Source: Tubiluchus corallicola
Lineage: Eukaryota; Animalia; Priapulida
NCBI GenBank assembly: GCA_030141605.1
Contig: JAQGDQ010000321.1
Coordinates: 124,001 to 188,000 of the forward strand
Direction: 5' to 3'
DNA length: 64,000 nt
Position numbers and translations under genes: made by a program. Below the pieces are notes generated by a model. The model saw only the letters and a program-made list of their open reading frames with translations, searched no databases and had not been told where the DNA came from. Every line of letters begins with the position of its first letter. Position 1 is the first letter of the stretch. Below, piece by piece: positions 1 to 12,200 of this stretch.

Positions 1-106
1 AACACATTTGCACAAAAGTTTATGCAGAAGTCTTGCCATAGCTGCAGCAATAATAAATAATAATAGTGCTGGATTCTGCATTTGCATAAATTTCAAGATA
101 TACTGT

Positions 107-204
107 TATATCTAAAAGTTTTAGAAATAAAAATTCAAAGAAAGGCACACTCAAGATTAAGTGTGCCTTTCTTTGAATTTTTATTTCTAAAACTTTTAGA
201 TATA
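107..204. repeat. Perfect inverted repeat, 45-bp arms (107-151 / 160-204) with 8-nt loop
   Basis: TATATCTAAAAGTTTTAGAAATAAAAATTCAAAGAAAGGCACACT is followed, after CAAGATTA, by its exact reverse complement. This explains the mirrored peptides in ORFs 20..367(-) and 82..297(+). Confidence 0.95.
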
Positions 205-266
205 TACAATGCAAAACCTGTTCTTTCGGTGCTATTACTGATTCTATATTGTATAATTTTTTGTAG

Positions 267-3200
267 AAAGACAGACCAACAGAATACGTGTGTCTAAGCA
301 AGCAAGCTGTTTTGCATGATCGTAACGAACCATTCGAGGAATTACAGCTGCCACGTGTAAAAGCCACTTCTAAAAAATCTCTGATTTATGTAGATGGACA
401 CATGTTAGTAAGTAAAATAATATGTTAGGTAGAAAACTTTGCATATCTAGCTGTTTTTGAGAGTACCATAAAAACAGCAAGGTCTGATATAGTTTTAGCA
501 TATAAATTATAACAAAACTTTGGAATCAAACTATCGATTAAGAGCCAAATGCCAATGTTGACTTTTGAGAGGTCAAGCAGTGTATTTCTGTACTTGTGCA
601 TGAAAGTGTCCATACTTACATGTTTTATTGCACTTTGGACGCATGAAATTTATTAATATAATACTGTAGTTTTAATCTCTTAATCACTGGTCTGTTGCCT
701 TTGCAGATAATTTTAGTATCATTCTAAGTTCTTTTTTCAAGTGGTGTAATTATTGTCCGGTATCACCTAGTTATTGATTTGAAGTGAGGTATTTTATCAA
801 ATAATTTCATTTCGTACTTTTTTATCAATTCTAGCGAGGGACAGCTCAAGATTTTATCGAAGCCTACGCCGAGGAAAAGGGCACTGAAGATTTCATACTG
901 CTAGAGGTAATGCAAAAACTGTGAAGTTACAACAGGAATAAAGTAACATTAGAAAAACTAAAATAACTTTTGCCTGTTGAATTGTCCTTGTTGGGAGCTC
1001 AATTTGTTTGGATCAAGTAACTTTAAAGAAGAATCATGATTGGCTGGGCATCTGCTTAGCATCAGTCAACACCGAGCTTAATAACCTAGTCATAAGTTTT
1101 TGAAACTAGTTCTAGGTGCAAGTTCCTGTGTAAGAAAGAAAACCAGTTTAAGTTCCTAGTTCCAATAACATATTAGAAAAGGAACTAGTTCCAGTTCTAA
1201 CCTCCTCTCTAGAAAAAGCAACTAGTTCCGGTTTTAACATCCTCTATAGAAAAAGGAACTAGTTCCTGTTCTAAGCTCCTCTCTAGAAAAAGCAACTAGT
1301 TCCGGTTTTAACATCCTCTGTAGAAAAAGGAACTAGTTCCAGTTTTAACTTCCTCTGTAGAAAAGGGGAACTAGTTCCAGTTCTAAGCTCCTCTATAGAA
1401 AAGGGAACTAGTTCCTGTTCTAAGCTTCTCTGTAGAAAAAGGAACTAGTTCTAGTTTTAACTTCCTCTGTAGAAAAAGGAACTAGTTCCAGTTTTAACAT
1501 CCTCTGTAGAAAAAGGAACTAGTTCCAGTTCTAAGCTCCTATACAGAAAAACGAACTAGTTCCAGTTTTCACTTCCTCTGTACAAAAAGGAACTAGTTTC
1601 AGTTCTAAGCTCCTCTACAGAAAAAGGAACTAGTTCCAGTTCTAAGCTCCTCTATAGAAAAAGGAACTAGTTCCAGATTTAACTTCCTCTGTAGAAAAAG
1701 GAACTAGTTCCAGTTTTAACTTCCTCTGTAGAAAAAGGAACTAGTTCCAGTTTTAACTTCCTCTATAGAAAAAGGAACTAGTTCCAGTTTTAACTTCCTC
1801 TGTAGAAAAAGGAACTAGTTCCAGTTTTAACTTCCTCTGTAGAAAAAGAAACTAGTTCCAGTTCTAAGTTCCTCTACAGAAAAACGAACTAGTTCCAGTT
1901 TTAACTTCCTCTGTACAAAAAGGAACTAGTTTCAGTTCTAAGTTCCTCTACAGAAAAGGAACTAGTTCCAGTTCTAAGTTCCTCTACAGAAAAAGGAACT
2001 AGTTCCAGTTCTAAGCTCCTGTACAGAAAAAGGAACTAGTTTCAGTTCTAAGTTCCTCTACAGAAAAAGGAACTAGTTCCAGTTCTAAGTTCCTCTACAG
2101 AAAAAGGAACTAGTTTCAGTTCTAAGCTCTTGTACAGAAAAAGGAACTAGTTCCAGTTCTAAGTTCCTCTACAGAAAAAGGAACTAGTTCCAGTTCTAGG
2201 CTCCTCTACAGAAAAGGGAACTAGTTCCAGTTCTAAGCTCCTCTACAGAAAAAGGAACTAGTTCCAGTTTTAAGCTCCTCTGTAGAAAAAGGAACTAGTT
2301 CCGGTTTTAACTTCCTCTGTAGAAAAAGGAACTAGTTCCAGTTTTAACTTCATCTGTAGAAAAAGGGAACTAGTTCCACTTCTAAGCTCCTCTGTAGAAA
2401 AAGGAACTAGTTCCAGATTTAACTTCCTCTGTAGAAAAAGGAACTAGTTCTAGTTTTAACTTCCTCTGTAGAAAAAGGAACTAGTTTCAGTTCTAAGTTC
2501 CTCTACTGAAAAAGGAACTAGTTCCAGTTCTAAGTTCCTGTACAGAAAAAGGAACTAGTTCCAGTTCTAAGCTCCTCTACAGAAAAAGGAACTAGTTCCA
2601 GTTCTAAGCTCCTCTACAGAAAAAGGAACTAGTTCTAGTTTTAGCTTCCTCTGTAGAAAAAGGAACTAGTTTCAGTTTTAAACTCCTTTACAGAAAAAGG
2701 AACTAGTTCTAGTTTTAACTTCCTCTGTAGAAAAAGGAACTAGTTTCAGTTCTAAGCTCCTGTACAGAAAAAGGAACTAGTTCCTGTTCTAAGTGCCTCT
2801 GTAGAAAAAGGAACTAGTTTCAGTTCTAAGCTCCTCTACAGAAAAAGGAACTAGTTCCTGTTCGAAGCTCCTCTACAGAAAAAGGAACTAGTTCTAGTTT
2901 TAACTTCCTCTGTAGAAAAAGGAACTAGTTTCAGTTCTAAACTCCTGTACAGAAAAAGGAACTAGTTCTAGTTTTAACTTCCTCTGTAGAAAAAGGAACT
3001 AGTTTCACTTCTAAACTCCTGTACAGAAAAAGGAACTAGTTTCAGTTCTAAACTCCTGTACAGAAAAAGGAACTAGTTCCTGTTCTAAGCTCCTCTGTAG
3101 AAAAAGGAACTAGTTCCAGTTTTAACATCCTCTACAGAAAAAGGAACTAGTTCCAGTTCTAAGCTCCTCTACAGAAAAAGGAACTAGTTCCAGTTTTAAG

Positions 3201-6200
3201 CTCCTCTACAGAAAAAGGAACTAGTTCCAGTTCTAAGCTCCTGTACAGAAAAAGGAACCAGTTCCAGTTCTAAGCTCCTCTACAGAAAAAGGAACTATAG
3301 TAGTCGCCGCTTAATAGACTCACGGTTAATAGACTTAATTGACTCAAAAACGCCTAGAATGGGCCGTTTCTATTCAAATATACATAAAAACTATCGGTAA
3401 TTGACTTAAATAACTTTGCTTAATTGACTCAATATTTTTCCTTCACGCACTTAATATAAGACATTTGTATGTGCCCAAACGGCCTTTCCTACTTTTATGT
3501 CATCTTTACTTCCCTTTTGTGCATTATATATGTAGAAACAATCATGTTAACTACCGTTTTGTTTGTAAACAGGTACATTTATCATGTGCTAATTCGCTAG
3601 CATAGCGGTTTTGCTTTGAATCTGTTAGCCGCTCGCCCACCGTTATCCAAAGAATTTTTGGAAGCTAAACATATAATCACTTGCTTACCAGTTTCCTTTT
3701 GATGCTCAAGTTGCAAATCACGTTTTCAGGCTTAATGAGTTAATAGTCAAAGATGCAATCAGTCAGTATTCCTTGTGACTTACAAGAGTAAACATCATTC
3801 AGCAAATAAGGGCAAAGAGTTAAGAAGTTTGAAAAATGAAGCATAAGTGTAAAGATCTAACAGTTAAGGAGAAACTGAAAATTTTAGAGTCCAAATTCAA
3901 AGTATTCTATCACCTATACAACAAAAATGCTAAAAACACAACTGAGATGAGTGTATGAAAACAATCATTCTCCAAAATATCTCACATATCAAAGCATTTC
4001 ATATTTCTTATGGACAGTGTTGCTTAACTATTGAAGTTAAAATGAGTATTTATAATTTTAGCAATTAAAGTTTTTGCCAATTTCTAAGATACTTACATAT
4101 ATAAAATACTTAAATATACTTAAAATATACTTAAAATAAAATGCACATCAGCTGTTCTATATATGTAGCAGCTAGAAAGAGTCAGCAAAATAGCTTTATA
4201 TATTTACACTGGCAAAACTTTTAAGGGCGCTTTACAGACTATAGGAGACTATGGGTGTTGTACTTGTCTGTGTTATTGACAACAAACTTGCTGCTGGATA
4301 AAAAATCAATAAAATATTATGTGTCTATAAGTAGTTTGTTTCGTTTTTGCGGGGCATATATCTAAATATATATGCGTGTTGTATGAACCTTATTAAGCTC
4401 TGAATATTCACCGGGAAAACACTCATTTTAGTAAAAACAGTATATCACATATGAAGATATACTACTTAACCTTACTTGAATGTGATTAGCCACATATGTG
4501 GGAACTACAAATAAAGTCATACAAGTTACCCAATGCAAAAAATAGCTGTCCGGGACACTTGCTGCTCGGACAATCAATTTTTCATATCAGGGCGCATCAT
4601 TTGTAAGATTATTTATTCATTTGTTTTTATGCTGTGTTAGATTTAATTTTTCACATTCTGTTGAGAGTTGAATTATCAGACATGTTTAGCTTACTTTGCA
4701 ATAACAGTTTTGGAATTCGAGATGCCATTAACGAATCATATTTTTTTCAGCAAATTCCCATTGAACAATTTGTCAGAAAGGTTGCTAAATCTGAGAGTGA
4801 CAGTGGGGTCAAAGAAGAAAAACTTCAGGTACAAGTATGTGTCAACTTAGGATTCTTAAGTACGTATTTATTCGTGCATAAGTCTGAGTCAGTTTTCTTT
4901 GTCAGGTAAACTTGCTGGTTTATATAAATTTGCAGGACAGATGAATCTTTTGCTTGTCAAATCTAATATTTTGTAACTGCCTTATTTTATTATCAGTCTG
5001 TGCAGTCTATTACAGGACCATCTTAACAGCATTATAAGCCCCGGGTAAAGCAGTGCACTGGGGGTGTTTACCTACACAACAATCACAGGAATAAAAATGT
5101 AAATGGTCAATAAAATTAAACGTACGTACTTATTGCATTGGTACTTCCAACAAAATTAGTATTTACACATTAAAAAACATGCTATACAGCAAAGATTAAT
5201 CATCATAAACGTTTGAACCCATTATAATACGAGCCTCAAAAAATATAAAAATATCTACATATAAGAGGTACTCAATTAGTAAACTCTACAGACAGAGATG
5301 GCACAGTGTGAAATTAATATGAATTATTTTTTATTAATGTCAACTGTTCAGTACAAACATCTGTGAAATTTCTCTTCAGAGAATTGCTTTATAATTGGCT
5401 TGAAGTCAGAGATCTTCAGAATGTCATTTTCATACACACGAGTGGAAGCCATTCAAATGCTGCTACCTCATTTCACTACGAAGCTAATTTTTTATGCTTT
5501 TACATTAAGTAGCACGTGAGATCCGTACACATTCCCTCCACTTCAGGTTACAGAGCTGACCATGATTCTAAGTCACAAGCAAATGCCAATGTCCACTTTT
5601 AACACTACAACAAATGTTTAGTATAGTATAGTATTCATTTATTGACAACAAGTCACCTCATACATAAATTAGCATGGGGCCCCCAGGCAACTGTCCAGTA
5701 CACCCATGAGTAAAGATTGCCCTGGTCAGCTAAACTAGCTAGCACCTACACAATTAGTAAACTCTCAGATTTCCTTATCAAGAAGATTTGGCCAAAGAAT
5801 ACTGATTATACAAGATTTCATTTGCAAAATAAATTCGTTGTCAATGAATCACTGATAGCTATCAAAGAGATGTTGTGACAGATTTTAGTTGCATTGGTTC
5901 TTTTTAGCCAACTAAGACAGCAGCTGATAAAATGAAGAAACCGGAGCTTGAATATGAAAAAAAGAAAGAAGATGAACTAGAGAAAATAGAGCCTGAAAGT
6001 GAAATGGAGAAAGAAGATGAAGAAGACCATCTTTTGCCAAAGTTTGATGTAAGACATTTGCATTTTTATTTTAAATTATGCAAAAATTAACTATTACTCA
6101 AAATAGCAGTGTTGCTTGCTAGTGTTTGGAAACATGTTTGGTATCAAGTGGTTTATTTTAAACAAAGTCTCGGTATTCTAGATAACAGATAACAGATAAT

Positions 6201-9200
6201 TGGATTGCAATGAATTGATGGTCGTGCGTAACTAGTCGTTCATATAATTAAAAAGATCTCGTCTTTTTTTATAGTGACTTCTGGTTGGAGTTTAAAAACT
6301 TGTGGCTGAATGTATAGTCTGGATTTTATTTAAATGTTATAAAGCTTGTACATAAGATGAATGCCATATTTTTGGTATAAGGATAACAATAATTAACCAT
6401 TTGTTTTTTATATTGTTACTTTCTTACTATTGATATGCTTCTTATAAGTATGAATACGATTTAAGATTGAGTATCACTGACACTTATCTAAACACGTACA
6501 TCAAATTCAATTTTTGGCGAAGTGCCAATAAATGCAATAAGATTTATAAAAAACTGAGTTATTTCCTCACTCTATAATTTTGTCATGTGTTTGCTGGGGC
6601 ATGTTTAGTAATTTCCACTGCACCTGCACCAAAACCATTGACTTTTGTTGTTCTTACTCATTCACTGTTACTGTATGTCTTTCAGAAAGTTACTTTAGAA
6701 GTTATGTTATTTTCAGCGACGGTAACATTGCTATAAGTGTAAGGCTATCGATAGTAATGTCGGTATAAGCATAACTCTGTTTGGGTAGCAATCCCAGCCA
6801 CCCACAGACATGTTTAAAAAAGTAGAAGTATGAATAGCTGGATTGAAAATGTTTGATTCTTACTTCTTATGGTGCAGTATTGTAGTGTCTTACTGTATGT
6901 GGTTGTGGATGTTTTGAGCCTTTCTTGTCTGGAAAGAATTTTGCATGTATAGGTAGTCAAGATAAGTAGTCTGCAAGGTAAATTGTTAAATTATACATAT
7001 ACATATAATTTTTTTTATCTTACATCATTTGGCTTTTAACTACTGAAGTATACTTCGAAGTTCTTTCTAAATTCTGGTAATTTTTTTGCTTTAGTTACCT
7101 TTATAATGAACAGTATTGTTCGAAACTGGTAGGCAATATATTCCATTTTCAAGACAGATTAAAATAATCAAGCATTTCACATTTTAACAGAAAATAGTGG
7201 TAGATACGCATATATATATATATATATATATATTTCATACATCATTTGGCTTTTAACTACTGAATTATATTTCGAAGTTGTTTCTAAATTCTGGGAAATT
7301 TCTTTATTTGATATGCCTTGGTAATGAGCATTATTGTTCGAAATCAGTAGGCAGTAAATTCAATTTTCAAGATGTTATGTTTATTTGTCAAATATGGATG
7401 ATTCTTTGTCAATCTGTTTACATTTTCTCTTATTTCTAGCAAATGCCTGTAGATGAATTCATCAGCAAGTATTTTGTTGAGACAGATGGAGAAGTAGCTG
7501 TTCCTTTTGAGGTTTTGTATTATATGTATCTACATTTAATTTTAAGCGATTCTATTTTCTGGTTAGTTTGCGACTTTGCATGTACTAACTGTAAGATAGT
7601 CTAAGTCTGTCCATTTACAACATGTTTTGTAGTTTTTACTGTTCTGCATTTTTAGAACTTTAACTTTTTGCTTCGTTCATTATATTTCTTTGTGACAACT
7701 GACTAGCTTATTGCATTTTTCATCTCAGCATGTTACTGTAGCGACAAGGGTAGAAATTTCCTCGGGGTCAATATTTTCCGGGACTTCTGTTTTACCTACT
7801 TCATCAATAAGTCGTACTTCTATACCATCTTCACGACAAACTTCAGCTTCACGGTGGGCATCTGCTCAGTCATTGGGTTATTTTGAAGTGAGCGAATCAG
7901 TTGACACCTCTGCTGCTGTAAGACCTACAAGTCGACCGAATTCGTCAGGAAGTCGGCCAGCATCTGCAAGAACTCCACCTTCTGCAGCCTCCAGCAGGAG
8001 AAGAGTGACGACACCTAGAACTCCACAGACTTCACCTCTTAAGCGAAGTCCGCCGAAGACACCTGTTAAGAAAAGACCATCAAAGACATCTTCTAAAAAA
8101 ATGTCGAAGGACCTGGCATCATTTCTCATTGAAAAAGTGCCTGAACCTGGTCATGGAAAAAGGGTGTCTCTTGTAAAAGACCAGCCTCAACCCGAGAGTC
8201 CAACAATTGAAAGAAAGGATTCCCAACTTGAAAAAGAATGGGTGCCATCTCCTGAACCTGAAGGTATGCCTACAGAAGCTGTTCGGCCAAAAATACCTGA
8301 AGCTTTAAGAGGAATGGAACCATATCTTGAGAAAAGGTCTTCCAGTCTACCAAAGGTATCTCACAAGGTTCATAAGGGACTTGTTTCCGGTAAAAGCTTG
8401 TCCGATGAATCCAGAGGAAAGGCTTCTTTGGGACAAAGAATGCAGCAGAGAGATGCTTATGAACGCTTGTTTAGGAGGAAATATTCGCACACCGAAGAAG
8501 GAGCTGAGGAACCCCTTTTTCAGGTGATGTGCCTATTACCCAATATTATCTGTTTCTTATATTTGCATTATGTGTCGTCAAATAATTGCACAAACTAATG
8601 CTGGTATAGGGACAAGTTGTCTATTTTAGTCACTAAAAGCATGGTCTGTTATCATCAGCTAAAAACTATTTCCTATATGTAAAGCTACTCTAACATTCTT
8701 TTCTGAATTAGAGACCAATTATGTGTTATGGTAAATTAACACTTGTGCCAACTTTTAGGATGTTTCTCGAAACTGTCTCACAATTATGTATTTATCAATA
8801 AATTGCTTTTGTGTCAGGATTTTTATAAGCTTGTGCGTGGTTCTAAAACTGAGTAGTAGACAATTACGTATGTCACACACATATAGAATGGTAAACTCTA
8901 TATAAACTTTAAATAATGACTGTATAATATCCATAAGCGAAGCTCCAGTTGCATGATGAACTTTGTTATCTTGTTATCAGGGGTCATTTCTCTTGTTCAG
9001 CTGAAAAGCTCGAGTTAGTAGAAAAAAATTCTTCTTAATTTAGATCCCTGATACTAACAGCCAATTAAGAACCTATAAAGACTTCACCGCTCCAAAATCC
9101 CAGCGTAGGAATAATCAATAAATTTTTACTATATTGATGATTTGTTACTACGAATTTTTAATTATTTTTAAGCAAGCTGTGCATTTTTACAGAAGTTGTA

Positions 9201-12200
9201 AATCAGTTTGTTAACAAACAATATCCATTAATATTTCTGGATCTACCAGTTAACACTAAGGGTTTATCAAATTTTATGTAGCATTACTTGAAGTGCAAAT
9301 TCTCTAGTAAAATTACCATGTAGGTCATGTAAGCTAGCATACATGATATAGGATTTTAAGTTGAGTTCATTCAAATGACCAAAAGCATTTTTTGTCCCTT
9401 AGAGACCACATAAACTTTAACCTTCCTAATATATTGTAGGAAGGCACTTACAATGCTAGTACGGGAAGTCCTCGCTTAACGATGCTATAATGCATTCCTG
9501 CAAAACGCAATTTTAACCGAAACGTCATTAAACAAAGCCAAAACTTCCGTAGAAAGCAGTGTAAAAGAACTGAGATATGTTTCAGAAGCAAAAGTCAGTG
9601 GTGCTTAAATCGTATAAATTAAATTCTTTGTGAGTTTTATTCGTATTTCTACTGATTGCTTGAAACCCAGCTATTTACTTAACATTACCTAGCTAGCTAG
9701 CTTGAACAATAAACACTGCATAGCCAGAGACAAAACCCCAGGGTGGCCTTATCTGACCGTTTCATCTAGTTACTTAGTCTAGTTGTTACTGCAACATATT
9801 GCAGGTGCCTTCACATAAAGCTTCTACCCAAGTGCGTATAAATCGCAAATAGATCTCATTTGATACAAACGGTTAGCATTTAGTAGTCAGTCGGAAAGCA
9901 AAAATATACATAAAGGATTGTATTATTTTAATTACTAGTGCATATTTAGAACAGAATAACTTAATGTGTGCTGTTTTAATGCTTTAAATTAGACAAAAAT
10001 GTTGTTCATGAAAAATAAATAGTCTTTAAACAAAGTAAAAAAAAATCATCATTAAAATGAAACGTGTGCCGTTAAGTGAAAAAAATGTGTCACATGTTCA
10101 GCATCGCTAAATAGGGAGTCATTAAGCGAGGACTTACTTTTGATGTACGATGAGCTAATGATGGACACTCGCCAATTTATTATTTTTATAATTTATCATT
10201 GATTATCAGACATACATATATATATATATATATATATATGTATGTCTGATAATCAATAATATATATATATTGCCAATTTTAGCACAGGCATTCCGGTCCT
10301 AGGTTGTCTATTGAGAAAGGGCAAATCGAAAGAAAAACCAGTGATAGAGGAGCCAGAAGAAGGAAATCATTTGCTCGGGAGGAGGATATGGAATCGGTTG
10401 CTTCCGAAATCATCAGTCCTGAGCCCGGTAAACATTGTTGGTTTACTGTTTGTCTCATTAGAACTATTTAGCAGTGCTAAGAATATGTTTTGTATTTAAT
10501 AGTAAAAGAAACAGAATTTAAGTTCCACAATGAAACTAAAGTTCTCTTCTAGAGGAGTTTACTGAAGAAACATAGTTATTTGATCCATAATTCTGTTTAG
10601 AAAGCTCTGCCTTCGGACCTGCTCTAATTTGTAATGCTGGATAAATAGTTAGGCAGTATGTGCAAACATGTTACATGTAGACAATTAACATAAGAAGTAA
10701 CAGTAGTGTAATTACTCTTATTGAGTGTGTAACAGTTGCTTAAAATAGGGTGTTTTTAATCTTGAACCTTCAGTACAGCTTTTAGTTAAGCGGAAGTACA
10801 TATACTAAGGCTATCAAATTTTGTATATACATATAGATATATATATATATACTTAAATATATATATGAATACTTAAATGACTACCTGTCAGACGAAAACA
10901 TGTATTGTAGGTAATTCATTTGAAAGGCTATACATTTGCTATACTTTCCATACCACTACAGTTTTAACTAATACTTGCGCTTTATAAGTTTGGTATGACA
11001 TATAAATGATTGCATTGCGTGTGGTCACATGACTGTGGTGTGACACTTTCTAAGTCTTTCTTTATTAACAAAGAATGTAAATACATGTATTATTTTGTGT
11101 GTAAATTATCCACCTTTGCTAGCTTATCCAATATATATATATAATAATGTAAGTATAATATATATATATACACTTAATGCAGCAGTTACACTTAATTTTT
11201 TTCAGCATTTTTTCACTTAACATTATAGTAATTATACTACTAGTGCACTCTAGATGCAGTTATAACTCTTGCAAAATAAATGTAATAGGAACCGACACTG
11301 AACATGATAAAGAAATGTTTGACACAGATGAAACGTCCAAGGAAAAGGAAGAACCTGAGTCTCCATCTGGTGAGGAGCCTAGATCAGAGATTGAATCTCC
11401 TGCGTTGAGTGAAGATAGCTACTTTGGTTTACCTACCGCCCCTAGTGCATACAGGAGAAAAGTTGCGGCATCCATCCGACAAAAACTTGCAGCTGAGGCC
11501 AGAAAGGTGATTTCTGTATGGTTTTGGTTTGCTCATTTTACAGACATAACAGACATTTCTTAAAAAACTATTTGTACTGATTAGAGGCCTATATAACCCC
11601 AGCAGACATTGAATTTTTTTAATGCATTATTATGATCACACAAAGAATTCATAGTTATTATTGGTTTAAACTGTATTTATTAGTACAGTGACAATTGAAA
11701 CAGTATATACATGAACAGCTGAAATCATTTAATGGTACTAAGTGATTGGCTAACAGGTCTATAAAAAACCTATATAAAAGCCTCTCATGTGAAGTCAGTC
11801 ACAGTATTAAAAAGCATTAAGAAATACGATATAACTGCATATATTGGTAAAACAGGAGGTAAAATGTGCAAGGAAGAAAAAATGGCGAGAATTAGTTGGG
11901 GCGGATGATATAGGGACATGATAAATAGGACATTGAAGTGGATAGCTAATGATACTCAGATATTGGCATACAAGATAAGAATCTATGGATTTATTAAGGT
12001 TACATAGTGTTTTATGGTGTACAAAATGCTCTTGCATTTTGCTTAGCTTGCTGCTTTTAACAGTTTATGCACCAGAATTACGAACGCATCTCGAAATGGA
12101 AGATCAGAAAATAATAGATAAGTAAATAAAATTTTTTAAAAAATATGTTTTATACTGATGAAAAGCTAACTTCCTGTTGTTAATTAACTATATAGTTGAT

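Noticed and set aside
20-367. ORFs 20..367(-) and 82..297(+) sharing LKVLEIKIQRKAH
   Set aside because: Artefact of the perfect inverted repeat; the real exon is 267-407 in another frame.
1174-3297. CRISPR array (palindromic constant part plus variable part)
   Set aside because: The variable parts are point variants of one 17-bp sequence, not unique spacers. There are no cas genes and the context is a eukaryotic intron.
10311-10499. ORF-track frame for the 10.3-kb exon
   Set aside because: The phase-compatible reading is HRHSGPRLSIEK... from 10283 to 10427.
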